Shown in pieces: positions 9,598-19,322 of a stretch of 64,000 nt of DNA. The DNA is taken from NCBI GenBank assembly GCA_964429575.1, contig CAYSCX010000012.1, forward strand, positions 2,195-66,194, in the 5' to 3' direction. The position numbers and the translations under genes are program-made. Below the pieces are notes generated by a model that did not search any database, was not told where the DNA came from, and worked only from the letters and a program-made list of their open reading frames with translations. The stretch is from an uncultured Candidatus Binatia bacterium (GTDB lineage Bacteria; Desulfobacterota; Binatia; Binatales; Binataceae). Positions within the stretch are counted from its first letter, which is position 1; each line of letters opens with the position of its first letter.

Positions 9598-9619
9598 GCC
9601 TCCCGAGCTTACGGGAGGC
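9598..9619 (-). terminator. stem-loop (8-bp GC-rich stem, 6-nt loop) downstream of the TcmP gene; weak intrinsic terminator candidate
   Basis: gcctcccg-agctta-cgggaggc. No clear U-tract follows on the minus strand. Confidence 0.3.
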
Positions 9620-9670
9620 CGCGCTTCGGCGCGTCGTCATGAGGCTTACCGTATGGCGCATCCACGCTTG

Positions 9671-10813
9671 CTAGCGTCGCCACACAAGGAAGTTCCCTTT
9701 TCCACGCTGTGGCACTCGTTGTCTCTCCTGCAGTCCGCCAAGTTCAAGATTCCCCGCATCCGCCCACTCGCGAATCCATTTCTTGAGGTCGCGGTCCCAG
9801 ACAAGTTGATTGGTGAGCGCTAGAGACCACACTTCGTCGTATTCGACGCGGCCATGGCGCTGCAAAAGCTCTTGGACCGATCTTCGAGCGAAGCCGGTAT
9901 AACGTTGGCGCAGCGACTCATAGAAATGGGGGTCGTGGAGTTGGGAGGCTGCAAATAGCTCCGCTTGTTGCTGGCGGCTAATTCGCTTTCGCTGCCCTGC
10001 CTTTGCGCGCTGCGTCTCCATAACCTTCATCGCGCGCTCTTCCGCCTGCTTGAATACTTCGACGCCTTTCGGACTACGCGTGCAGTACAACAGATGAAAG
10101 GAGGTGCGGTTGACGTCAGGACGAAGGATTCGTGCAGCACATACCTGACTAAAGTGTCCAACCTGCTTGACCATGTCGCTGTACGATTGCAGAGCTGCGT
10201 CCTCTCGGTCATTTCCAGACAGAGAACCGAGGTTGATTCGAGATGTCGGTGAACCAAGTAAAGAAGGGAAACTCTGCTCCACAAAGCGCACGATCGAATT
10301 CGTCATGAAGCTGATCAGCACCTCGGACGGATCAATTCTCAGAAGCGGATCGATTGCCGTCAGGGGGAAACCACTCCAGCCCTTCGGATCAATAAAGATG
10401 AACGGAAAGTTGCCCGGTCCGCCTTTCCTAATGAAGTCGAGGATATCGGCGATTTCGCCCGTAAGCTCGCCGTTTACTGTTCGTATGTCGACATCAGCTA
10501 TCGAACTGGCGAATCTATGCAATTTCTGGAACGCAGCGAGATCCATTTCAAGAAAATAACACCGCAGCTTCAGTGCCCGTCCGTGAGATTTGAGCGACTC
10601 TCTAGCCAACCGTAGTTCGTTGATAGCAATTTGGAATGAGCTGTCGGCCAAGTTCTCTGAGCGCACATTCCACGGACCAGAGAAACAATCGACATATGTG
10701 ATTGCGGTGTAGCGAAACCCGATGATGTGCGCAAAACGACGCAGGCACTGACTGAGAATGAAGTGTTTTACCTCCGTCTGTTCGCGACCCTCGTACAGTG
10801 ATATGTCGTCCAA
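9671..10813 (-). CDS. three-Cys-motif partner protein (TcmP-like), function unknown
   Basis: 380-aa protein immediately downstream of, and co-oriented with, a DUF5131/Gp37-Gp68 three-Cys-motif gene. This is the pairing that defines the TcmP family. It contains DCFSGPW and FIDPKGW motifs reminiscent of Rossmann/methyltransferase-like folds. The region has markedly lower GC than its flanks. Confidence 0.65.
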   Translation of the reverse strand: MDDISLYEGREQTEVKHFILSQCLRRFAHIIGFRYTAITYVDCFSGPWNVRSENLADSSFQIAINELRLARESLKSHGRALKLRCYFLEMDLAAFQKLHRFASSIADVDIRTVNGELTGEIADILDFIRKGGPGNFPFIFIDPKGWSGFPLTAIDPLLRIDPSEVLISFMTNSIVRFVEQSFPSLLGSPTSRINLGSLSGNDREDAALQSYSDMVKQVGHFSQVCAARILRPDVNRTSFHLLYCTRSPKGVEVFKQAEERAMKVMETQRAKAGQRKRISRQQQAELFAASQLHDPHFYESLRQRYTGFARRSVQELLQRHGRVEYDEVWSLALTNQLVWDRDLKKWIREWADAGNLELGGLQERQRVPQRGKGNFLVWRR

Positions 10814-10849
10814 GATCCCACCCTTTGAGACGCTCTCAATTACATCGAT

Positions 10850-11620
10850 CTACGCGGACGGCGACGTGCGATCATTGGATTGCTGGCTGATGGCGGATGG
10901 CGAAGGGAATTCGCTGTAGATTCGGCCTTTCAGTTTCCGACCGGTCTCATGCTTCCGCGGGCCGCCCCATTGCTTGAAGAAAAATGGCACTCCGAACTCT
11001 CTACATTGACGGAAGATTGATATTACCCAATCTTGGTTCATTGGTCTTGCGCCAGGGCCGCTTTCTCCGCCAACGATCACCCAATCGATTGCAGTCAGAT
11101 CAAGCTTTCCAAGATCCTCTAACAAAGGTTCGATCGACAGGAATCTCACACGGGCCGGAGTTCGACGCAGCGCCTCAATTCTGCGTAGACCATACGATTT
11201 ATCTTCCACACTTACTCCGAACCAAACATGAGGCAGCATGGCGAGCCAATTGAGCGGGCCAGTTAGAAGTTCGTTCATCCGTTCGTGGCGCTTCGTCAGG
11301 ATTTGGTAGATATGCCAGTCGGCCTCCGCGATGACTTTTCCCACTCGGACGATGTAGTCTGTTGGAACACCCTCCTGAAAGAGATCGCTCATCGAATTTA
11401 CGAAGATCCGCCGACTCGCTTTCCAGCGCAGTGGTTCGGTTAGCTTTCCGGGAACAAGCCTTAAATCGAATCCGCTCTCGTAGGGGTGGCCCCGCACGCC
11501 CCGAAATCTCTCTGCGAAACGCTCGGCGTAGCAAAACTTACAACCCGGGCTGATCTTTACGCATCCCCGCACTGGGTTCCATGTTGCGTCCGTCCATTCG
11601 ATGGTCGAAGCAATGCTCAT
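10850..11620 (-). CDS. three-Cys-motif protein, phage Gp37/Gp68 family (DUF5131)
   Basis: STIEWTDATWNPVRGCVKISPGCKFCYAE, FVNSMSDLF, ILTKR, WFGVSVED, VRFLSIEPLL, IDWVIVGGESGPGARPM and FFFKQWGG are the hallmark motifs of PF07505. Lower GC. Confidence 0.8.
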   Translation of the reverse strand: MSIASTIEWTDATWNPVRGCVKISPGCKFCYAERFAERFRGVRGHPYESGFDLRLVPGKLTEPLRWKASRRIFVNSMSDLFQEGVPTDYIVRVGKVIAEADWHIYQILTKRHERMNELLTGPLNWLAMLPHVWFGVSVEDKSYGLRRIEALRRTPARVRFLSIEPLLEDLGKLDLTAIDWVIVGGESGPGARPMNQDWVISIFRQCREFGVPFFFKQWGGPRKHETGRKLKGRIYSEFPSPSAISQQSNDRTSPSA

Positions 11621-11698
11621 GTTCTTTTCCCCTCTCGGATCCTAGGCGAAGAAAGAGCGAATCTCAATGGTCCATCCATTTTGGCCTGCGCGCCAGCA

Positions 11699-13312
11699 TC
11701 AACCAGCGCCGTTTGCGGAGAGGATTTGCTCCACCACCGCCTCGAGCGGCTTTGGCCGGCGCGGCCAGCGCCAGCCGATCACCAAACCAATCGCAGTCAG
11801 CGCGAAACAGATCTCTGAAAAAAGATCACCGACCATCGTGTAGAGCGTGCGTGAGTTGCGCCACGACACGTCCTCGATCTGGGTGCCGCGCTTGAAGAGC
11901 GGAGTTGCGGCGGTAATCTCGCCAGTCGGTAGAATGATGGCGCTGATGCCCGTCTGCGCGTCGCGAATCATCGGCACCTTGTTTTCCGCCGAGCGCAGCG
12001 CCGCCATCGCGAGCGCCTGATAGGGCGCGGAACTCTCCCCGTACCACGCGTCGTTGGTGATGTTCACCAGCACGTTGGCGCCTGCTTTGACGGCTCGGCG
12101 GGTGAGATCGGGAAAGACGCTCTCATAGCAGATTAGAACGCCGAGCTTTGCGCCATGGACGTCGAAGACCGTCTGCCGCGTACCCGGAATCAAATCGCCG
12201 AATCCCTCGACCACGCGATTCACGAACATCCCTAGCAGCTTGCGCGCCGGTACGTATTCGCCAAATGGCACCAGTTGCATCTTGTCGTACCAGCCATTGA
12301 TCTCGCCGTCTGCCGAAACGACGTAAGCGCGATTGTAGAATCCCACCCGGCCGTCCTCGGCGCCCATCGCGGGAGCACCGAACAGAATCGGTTCGCCCGA
12401 TTGACGCGCGAGTCCAAGCAGCGCGGCGCGGTAGGAGGAGTAGTCCGCCATCTCCGCGGAATAGTGATCGTCCGGCTGGAACAGGAACGCCGCGGCAGCC
12501 TCGGGCCACACCACCAACTGCGCGCCCCGCCGTGCCGCGGCCGCAGTCTCTTCCTGATACACGCGGAAGCTCGACGCAAGGTGAGCTGGATCCCACTTGA
12601 TCGATTGCGCAATGTTGCCCTGGACCATCGCGACCTTCATGCTGCCCTCGACCGGTGCGGTTGCGAGTTGACGCTGACGCAGAGTCCCGAAGGCGAACAC
12701 AACGATCATGAGTGCGGTGAGAGCACCGAGGCTGGTCACTTGAAGGCGTCGCGTGCCGCGTCGGAACACAACCGTGTAGATCACTGCGTTGAAGAGCAGA
12801 ATGAGCGCGGAGACGCCGTAGACGCCGGTGAATTCGGAAAGTTGAATTACCTCAAGGTTGCGGTACGCCGTATAGCCGACCAGGTTCCACGGAAATCCGA
12901 TCGGGAAGAAGCTGCGCAGCCATTCGAACGCCGTCCACCCAAGCGGCATCGTGACGACCATCGGAATTCTGAGCCGGCGCGCGATGAACTCGCCGGACCA
13001 GATCGCGCCCATCGTGTTGATCGCCATCACCGCCGAAAGCAGGAGCATCGGCAGGATCGCAAATTCCACGCGGACGCCGGCGAAGTCGGTTAGAGGAATC
13101 ACGATCCAGTACATCGAGCCGACGTAACAGGCGAGGCCCTGGAGGTATGCGTAGCGCGCGACGCGTCCCAACGGTTCGCCTTCGATCGCGTAGAAGAGCG
13201 GAACGAACGCCGCCCATGCGAACAGGCTCAAGTCGAACTTCGGATACGCGAGGGCAAGCGCGAGGCCGCTCGCGACGACGAGGAGAGTGCGAGTGAGGGT
13301 GTTCTGCGACAT
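11699..13312 (-). CDS. lnt: apolipoprotein N-acyltransferase
   Basis: Multi-TM N-terminus plus a CN-hydrolase domain (AQLVVWPEAA, catalytic context). 537 aa from the internal ATG whose codon overlaps the upstream gene stop. The Arg-rich 52-aa extension in the ORF track was judged to be read-through of the upstream gene region. Confidence 0.8.
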   Translation of the reverse strand: MSQNTLTRTLLVVASGLALALAYPKFDLSLFAWAAFVPLFYAIEGEPLGRVARYAYLQGLACYVGSMYWIVIPLTDFAGVRVEFAILPMLLLSAVMAINTMGAIWSGEFIARRLRIPMVVTMPLGWTAFEWLRSFFPIGFPWNLVGYTAYRNLEVIQLSEFTGVYGVSALILLFNAVIYTVVFRRGTRRLQVTSLGALTALMIVVFAFGTLRQRQLATAPVEGSMKVAMVQGNIAQSIKWDPAHLASSFRVYQEETAAAARRGAQLVVWPEAAAAFLFQPDDHYSAEMADYSSYRAALLGLARQSGEPILFGAPAMGAEDGRVGFYNRAYVVSADGEINGWYDKMQLVPFGEYVPARKLLGMFVNRVVEGFGDLIPGTRQTVFDVHGAKLGVLICYESVFPDLTRRAVKAGANVLVNITNDAWYGESSAPYQALAMAALRSAENKVPMIRDAQTGISAIILPTGEITAATPLFKRGTQIEDVSWRNSRTLYTMVGDLFSEICFALTAIGLVIGWRWPRRPKPLEAVVEQILSANGAG

Positions 13313-13866
13313 CACTTGCGCACGCCCCCAAGTTCGCCCACCGGAAGTACTCCGGCGCACGGCGGGTGACCCTCGAAGCAGTCGTAAAGCTCGTCTGCGT
13401 CGCGCCAACCGCCGACGAGCGCGACGCAGCTTCGCGCGTCGAGGCGCAAATCGCCGGGGACGCGCCACTCGCGCTCGAACGTCCAGTCAACCGATCGCCG
13501 GCTCTGAAGATCGATGTTCACCGCCCGCCAGTGTTCGTCCGGGTTCAAGATCGCCGACGCTTCCTTCCACGGTAGATAAATCGCCGGGCGCGCGCCGTTG
13601 ATGAAAGCATAGCGTTTGTCGATCGCGATCCCGAACGGCTGGTAGCGTCGGCGGTTGCGCGGCTGGAGGAGCTCGGAGAGTTCGCCCAGCGGCATATCGA
13701 ACAGACACACCACGCTGCTACGGCCGCGAACCATGCGTCGCGAGCCGCGGATGACGCCGCCCTGGAGGATTGCGATGAGATTGTCGAGCGCGGAAGCGCG
13801 AGCCGACGCGCGCGTGAAATGCATCAGCATCGCGCCATCCGCGGCTCGTGCGGGCCGGGGTCTCAT
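13312..13866 (-). CDS. hypothetical 184-aa protein in the phoH-ybeY-X-lnt operon, with possible faint DarT/DUF4433-like motifs
   Basis: It is translationally coupled on both sides (overlaps the ybeY stop and the lnt start). It occupies the position usually held by corC/ybeX. It has HFT...LDNLIAIL, YQPF and FEREWRV motifs. No confident family assignment. Confidence 0.5.
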   Translation of the reverse strand: MRPRPARAADGAMLMHFTRASARASALDNLIAILQGGVIRGSRRMVRGRSSVVCLFDMPLGELSELLQPRNRRRYQPFGIAIDKRYAFINGARPAIYLPWKEASAILNPDEHWRAVNIDLQSRRSVDWTFEREWRVPGDLRLDARSCVALVGGWRDADELYDCFEGHPPCAGVLPVGELGGVRK

Positions 13867-14345
13867 GCTGGCTGCGAACGGCGGTGATTTTGCGCAAGCA
13901 TCATCGCAAGCGCGCGTTCTTTCGCGAACATTCGGCGCGCCGCGGCGGGCGAGCGCTCATGATCGTAGCCGATCAGGTGCAGGCACCCATGGATGAGGAG
14001 TGCGCGGAGGCGCTCCTTGAGGGGGACTCCGAGTTCGAGCGCCTGGCGGCGGGCGGTGTCGATTGAAATCACGATGTCGCCGAGCGCGAGGTTGCGTGCG
14101 TCGCGCGCGCGAATCCGGCGGCGGGCGCCGGAATCGGCCAGCAGCGGAAATGAAAGGACGTCGGTCGGCTCATCCTTCTTGCGATATTTGCGATTGAGCG
14201 CAAGAATCGCGCGATCGCTGGTAATGACGACCGATAGCTCCGCGACGTCGAGGCGAAGTTCGCGCAGCATGCGCGCTGCATCGGTCTTGAGAGCGTGCGC
14301 ATAGCGGCGCGCCGACGCGCAGTCGCATCGAAGCTCGACACTCAC
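13863..14345 (-). CDS. ybeY: rRNA maturation endoribonuclease YbeY
   Basis: HGCLHLIGYDH zinc motif, 160 aa. Confidence 0.9.
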   Translation of the reverse strand: MSVELRCDCASARRYAHALKTDAARMLRELRLDVAELSVVITSDRAILALNRKYRKKDEPTDVLSFPLLADSGARRRIRARDARNLALGDIVISIDTARRQALELGVPLKERLRALLIHGCLHLIGYDHERSPAAARRMFAKERALAMMLAQNHRRSQPA

Positions 14346-14351
14346 GATTGC

Positions 14352-15215
14352 TCAGCCTCGTGGCTTGCCGTCGTCGGACGAAGCGGGCGGGACGCCCTCG
14401 CGGTCGAACGTTTCGTAGGCGGTGATGATCGCAGAGACGAGGCGGTGGCGCACGACGTCGCGGTCGGTGAAATACACAAATCCGATTCCCGGCGTGTTGG
14501 CGAGCACCGTGCGCGCTTCCTTGAGGCCGGAGAGTTTTCCGCTCGGCAGATCGATCTGCGTGATGTCGCCCGTGATGACCGCCTTGGAGTTGTAGCCGAG
14601 GCGGGTGAGGAACATTTTCATCTGCTCGGTCGTGGTGTTCTGCGCCTCGTCGAGAATGATGAACGAGTCGTTGAGCGTGCGCCCGCGCATAAAGGCGAGC
14701 GGCGCGACCTCGATCGTGCCGCGCTCGATCATCCGGCGCGCGCGGTCGAAGTCCACCATGTCGTGCAGCGCGTCGTAGAGCGGGCGGAGGTAGGGATTGA
14801 CCTTCTCGGCGAGGTCGCCGGGGAGGAAGCCGAGGCGCTCGCCGGCCTCGACCGCCGGGCGGCAGAGCACCATCCGCGTCACCTGATTCTTCATCAGCGC
14901 GGCCAGCGCCATCGCCATCGCAAGATAAGTCTTGCCGGTTCCCGCAGGGCCGATGCCGAAGACGATGTCGTACTTGCGCATCGCGTCGACGTAAAGCTTT
15001 TGGTTGAGGCTCTTGGGCGCGATGACGCGCTTGTGCGCGGAAACGTAAACGGTGTCGAGAAAAATGTCCTTCAAGTCGGCGTTGCGATCGCCGCGCAGGA
15101 TGCGGGTCGCGTATTCGACGTCGCTCGGGTACACCGCATGGCCGCGCTTGAGGAGTTCGTAGAGATCGCTCAGCACGCGCCCGGCGAGCGCCTGTTCCGC
15201 CTGCGGGCCGCTCAC
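14352..15215 (-). CDS. phoH: PhoH-like ATPase (YbeZ)
   Basis: GPAGTGKTYLAMAMA Walker A, ILDEAQN Walker B, 287 aa. Confidence 0.9.
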   Translation of the reverse strand: MSGPQAEQALAGRVLSDLYELLKRGHAVYPSDVEYATRILRGDRNADLKDIFLDTVYVSAHKRVIAPKSLNQKLYVDAMRKYDIVFGIGPAGTGKTYLAMAMALAALMKNQVTRMVLCRPAVEAGERLGFLPGDLAEKVNPYLRPLYDALHDMVDFDRARRMIERGTIEVAPLAFMRGRTLNDSFIILDEAQNTTTEQMKMFLTRLGYNSKAVITGDITQIDLPSGKLSGLKEARTVLANTPGIGFVYFTDRDVVRHRLVSAIITAYETFDREGVPPASSDDGKPRG

Positions 15216-15489
15216 CTTCAGCGTCGTGCCGCTCGCGCGGATGCGAACGCCCAGCAGCTGCTCAAGCGTGCGGATGTGCGCATCCTGCTGGCCGAGCAGC
15301 TCGGTGAAATGGCGATGGTCGTCGAAGTGGAGTTCGAGCGAATCGTCGCTGGCAGGCTTGAGGATCGTTTCGTCCGGTGGCGAGCTTAGTTCGCTTGCGA
15401 TGGTGCCCTCGTGAGCGGCGGCTAACGGACTGCCGCTCCAGTGGTAAGCGTAAGCATTGCGGGCGCGGAATTAAAGGGAGCAGCGCGGA

Positions 15490-18150
15490 TCACTGCTTGC
15501 CCGCGACGAGCGTGAAAACTCGTTCGAGGGCCTCGGCGAGCTTCGATGGGTCCTTGCCGCCGGCCTGCGCGAGTTCGGGGCGGCCGCCGCCGGAGCCGCC
15601 GATCATGGGTGCGATTTCGCGAATGAGGTCGCCGGCCTTGAAGCGACCGACAAGATCAGGTGTCACGGCGACGAGCACGGCGGCCTTGTCGCCGAGGTCG
15701 GAGCCGATCGCGATTACCGCGGACTTGTGCTTTTCGCGAAGGCGGTCGGCGATTTCGCGGAGCGTGCGCGCCTCGACCGATTCGAGCTTCAGCGTGACGA
15801 CCTTGACGCCGCCGGCGTCGCGGACCTGCTCGGCGGAGCTGCCGCCCGCGCCGGAGGCGAGCTTCTGTTCGAGCGAGCGGATTTTCTTTTCGAGTTCCTT
15901 TTCGCGGGCGAGCAGCTTTTCCAGCCGTTCGAGCGCCTGCGCGTCTTTGGCGCCGAGATGCGCGCCGAGATTGTCAAGAAGTTTCTCGCGTTCGCGAATC
16001 ACGTCGAGCGCGCCCTGGCCCGTCATCGCCTCGACGCGCCGCACGCCCGCGGCGATTCCGGACTCGGACGCGAGCCTGAAGAAACCAATGTCGCCGGTGC
16101 GCTCCACGTGCGTACCGCCGCACAGTTCGATGGAAAAGTCGCCCATGCGGACGACGCGGACACGGTCGCCGTACTTGTCGCCGAAAAATGCGAGCGCGCC
16201 GGCCTTGAGCGCGTCGTCATAGGCCATCTCGTCGGTGGCGACCTCGGCGTTTTCGCGGATGCGCGCGTTGACTTCCTCCTCGATGGTCAGCAGATCGCCG
16301 TCGCCGATGGGGCCCTGGTGGCTGAAGTCGAAGCGCAGGCGCTCCGGCTCCACGAGCGAGCCGGCCTGATGGACGTGGCTGCCGATTACGTCGCGTAGCG
16401 CGTAGTGGAGGATGTGAGTCGCGGAGTGGTTCAGCATCGCGGCGTCGCGGCGCATGCGATCGACTTTGAGAGTGACATGCTTGCCGGACTCGAACTCGCA
16501 CGCGTCGCCGCGGAGCAGACGTCCCACATGCACGATGGCGCCGTTTTGCTTGCGAGTATCGAGCACTTCGAGGAGAGCGCCGGATTCAGACTCGATGACG
16601 CCGCGATCGCCGATTTGGCCGCCGCCTTCGGGATAGAAGGGGGTCTCGGCGGCGACGATGGCGATGCGGTCGCCGTCGATTGCGGAACTGGAGCGGACTT
16701 CGGATTCGGCATCGTAGCGATTGTGGCCGACGAAGCGTGATTCGGGGAGCCGTTTGGAGAGCACCTCAACCGCGGTGCGCGTTTCGCGAACGTCGGCTCG
16801 CGAACGCTCGCGCTGCGCGTCCATCAGGCGGTCGAACTCGGCGACATCGACGGTAATTCCGTAGTTGCGTAGCACGTCCTGGGTGAGATCGAGCGGGAAG
16901 CCGAACGTATCGTAGAGCTTGAATGCGACTTCGCCGGAGAGGGTTTTGTGGCCGCGCGCTTCGAGGCGCTCGCGCTCGAGTTCGATCAGTTCGAGGCCGC
17001 GATCGAGTGTGTCGCCGAAGCGGGCCTCCTCTTCGGTGATGACTTCGGCGATTCGCCTTTGCTCGCTGCGGAGTTCCGGGTACGCGCCGCCCATCGCATC
17101 GACCACGCCGGCATTGGCCGCGGCGAGGAACGGGCGGTGGATTCCGAGGTAGCGGCCATGACGTGCGGCGCGGCGGATGATTCGACGCAGCACGTAGTCG
17201 CGGTCGGTGTTGCCGGGAGTAAGCCCCTCGGCGACGAGGAAGCTCATCGTGCGCGCGTGGTCGGCGATCGCGCGGAGCGAAATGTCGGTATCGGGCTTCT
17301 GGCCGTAACGGATGCCATCGCCTAGTTCGGCCGAAGCAACTTCGATGCGGCGGACAATCTTCTGGAACAGATCGGTGTCGTAGTTGCCGAGCGTGCGGCC
17401 GGTCTCGATGCTTTGCAACGCCGCGGCGACGCGCTCCAGGCCGGTGCCCGTATCGACGTGCCTCATCGGAAGCGGCTCCAGCTTGCCCTGCGCGTCGCGG
17501 TTGTACTGGATGAAGACGAGGTTTGCGAGTTCGATGAAGCGCGAGCAACCATCAACGTTGACGCCGCACCCGACGCCGCTGTGCGTCGCGCCGTCGCAGG
17601 CGGCGGCGCCGCGGTCAACTGAAATCTCGGAGTTGGGACCGGACGGTCCCGTTTCGCCCATCTCCCAGAAATTGTCCTTGTTGCCGAATCGGAGGATTCG
17701 CTCGGGCGGCAGATAGCCGAGGTCTTTCCAGATCCCCTCGCTCTCGCGGTCATCTTCGTGGACAGTCGCCCAGAGCAGCTTCGGGTCGATCTCCCAAACC
17801 TTGGTGATGAGTTCCCAGTGGAACTGGATCGCCTCGCGCTTGTAGTAGTCGCCGAACGACCAGTTGCCGAGCATCTCGAAAAACGTGTGGTGATAGGTGT
17901 CGCGCCCGACCGCCTCGAGGTCGTTGTGCTTGCCGGAGATGCGCAGGCATTTCTGGCAGTCCGCGACGCGCTTGTAGGGCGGCGTGCGGATACCGAGAAA
18001 GTAGTCCTTGAACGGCACCATGCCGGCATTGACGAAGAGCAGCGTCGGGTCGCCCCTGGGGACCAGCGGCGCGGACAGGATGATTTCGTGGCCGCGTTCA
18101 CGGAAGAAATCGAGGAAGGACTGGCGGATTTTGTCGGTGGTCCAGCGCAT
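15490..18150 (-). CDS. alaS: alanine--tRNA ligase
   Basis: 886 aa. N-terminal catalytic domain (FVNAGMVPFK, HHTFFEMLGNWSFGDYYK), editing domain and C-terminal DHHA1-like domain. Confidence 0.95.
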   Translation of the reverse strand: MRWTTDKIRQSFLDFFRERGHEIILSAPLVPRGDPTLLFVNAGMVPFKDYFLGIRTPPYKRVADCQKCLRISGKHNDLEAVGRDTYHHTFFEMLGNWSFGDYYKREAIQFHWELITKVWEIDPKLLWATVHEDDRESEGIWKDLGYLPPERILRFGNKDNFWEMGETGPSGPNSEISVDRGAAACDGATHSGVGCGVNVDGCSRFIELANLVFIQYNRDAQGKLEPLPMRHVDTGTGLERVAAALQSIETGRTLGNYDTDLFQKIVRRIEVASAELGDGIRYGQKPDTDISLRAIADHARTMSFLVAEGLTPGNTDRDYVLRRIIRRAARHGRYLGIHRPFLAAANAGVVDAMGGAYPELRSEQRRIAEVITEEEARFGDTLDRGLELIELERERLEARGHKTLSGEVAFKLYDTFGFPLDLTQDVLRNYGITVDVAEFDRLMDAQRERSRADVRETRTAVEVLSKRLPESRFVGHNRYDAESEVRSSSAIDGDRIAIVAAETPFYPEGGGQIGDRGVIESESGALLEVLDTRKQNGAIVHVGRLLRGDACEFESGKHVTLKVDRMRRDAAMLNHSATHILHYALRDVIGSHVHQAGSLVEPERLRFDFSHQGPIGDGDLLTIEEEVNARIRENAEVATDEMAYDDALKAGALAFFGDKYGDRVRVVRMGDFSIELCGGTHVERTGDIGFFRLASESGIAAGVRRVEAMTGQGALDVIREREKLLDNLGAHLGAKDAQALERLEKLLAREKELEKKIRSLEQKLASGAGGSSAEQVRDAGGVKVVTLKLESVEARTLREIADRLREKHKSAVIAIGSDLGDKAAVLVAVTPDLVGRFKAGDLIREIAPMIGGSGGGRPELAQAGGKDPSKLAEALERVFTLVAGKQ

Positions 18151-18257
18151 GTGCGGGATTATTCTAGCGAATGACGCGCCGCCGTTCCCACCGACGGAAA
18201 TGGCGGGCTGCCACAGCGCGGGTCGCGAACCGCCCCTACGGAGACGGTGAGAGACCG

Positions 18258-19322
18258 TCAGGGTTTCTTCTTCGTTCCGAGAGGCGCGCCTTCCTCGGCG
18301 GAGGCGCCGTCGGCGGAAGGCGCGGCGACGTGCTTCAGCGCGAGCTTGGCGCGGACCTTGGCCTCGATCTCATCAGCAAGCTTGGGGTTGGCCTTCAGCA
18401 GGTCGCGCGCGTTCTCGCGTCCTTGGCCGATGCGCTCACCATTGTACGAGTACCAGGCGCCGAGTTTCTCGATGACGCCGTTGTCGGAGGCGAGATCGAC
18501 CAGCTCACCTTCCTTGGAAATGCCGGAGCCGTAGAGGATGTCGAACTCCGCCTCGCGAAACGGCGGCGCGACCTTGTTCTTGACCACCTTGACCTTGGTG
18601 CGCGAGCCGAGCACCTCGTTGGCCGTCTTGATGGCGCCGATGCGGCGGATGTCGATGCGCACCGACGAGTAGAACTTGAGCGCGTTGCCGCCGGTGGTCG
18701 TTTCGGGGTTGCCGAACATCACGCCGATCTTCATGCGTATCTGGTTGATGAAGATCACAACGGTGCGCGAGCGCGAGATGATTGACGTGAGCTTGCGAAG
18801 CGCCTGCGACATCAGGCGCGCCTGCAGGCCCATCTGCGGCTCACCCATCTCGCCCTCGATCTCAGCGCGCGGCACCAATGCGGCAACCGAGTCGATCACC
18901 AGTACGTCGATTGCGCCCGACTGCACGAGGGTCTCTACAATTTCGAGCGCCTGCTCGCCATTGTCGGGCTGCGAAATCAGGAGGTCTTCGATCTTGACGC
19001 CGAGCTTGCGCGCGTACTGCGCGTCGAGCGCGTGCTCCGCGTCGATGAACGCGCCGATGCCGCCCAGCTTCTGCGCTTCGGCGATGCACTCGAGTGCAAG
19101 CGTGGTCTTGCCGGACGCTTCGGGTCCGTAAATCTCGACCACGCGGCCGCGCGGGAGTCCGCCGACGCCCAACGCGAGATCGAGACCGAGCGAGCCGGTC
19201 GAAATCACCTGCACAGCCTCGATGGCCTGCTCGCCAAGTTTCATTATCGAGCCCTTGCCGAACTGCTTTTCGATTTGGCTAAGGGCGAGGTCGAGTGCTT
19301 TGGTTCTGATCTCCTGCGCCAT
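18258..19322 (-). CDS. recA: recombinase RecA
   Basis: [12 protein letters not shown] Walker [10 protein letters not shown], 354 aa. Confidence 0.95.
   Translation of the reverse strand: MAQEIRTKALDLALSQIEKQFGKGSIMKLGEQAIEAVQVISTGSLGLDLALGVGGLPRGRVVEIYGPEASGKTTLALECIAEAQKLGGIGAFIDAEHALDAQYARKLGVKIEDLLISQPDNGEQALEIVETLVQSGAIDVLVIDSVAALVPRAEIEGEMGEPQMGLQARLMSQALRKLTSIISRSRTVVIFINQIRMKIGVMFGNPETTTGGNALKFYSSVRIDIRRIGAIKTANEVLGSRTKVKVVKNKVAPPFREAEFDILYGSGISKEGELVDLASDNGVIEKLGAWYSYNGERIGQGRENARDLLKANPKLADEIEAKVRAKLALKHVAAPSADGASAEEGAPLGTKKKP

Noticed and set aside
11699-13468. A 52-aa Arg-rich N-terminal extension of lnt, as given in the ORF track
   Set aside because: The internal ATG sits exactly at the upstream gene's stop, and the TM region begins right after it. 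The extension is poly-Arg/Ala, typical of read-through in GC-rich DNA.
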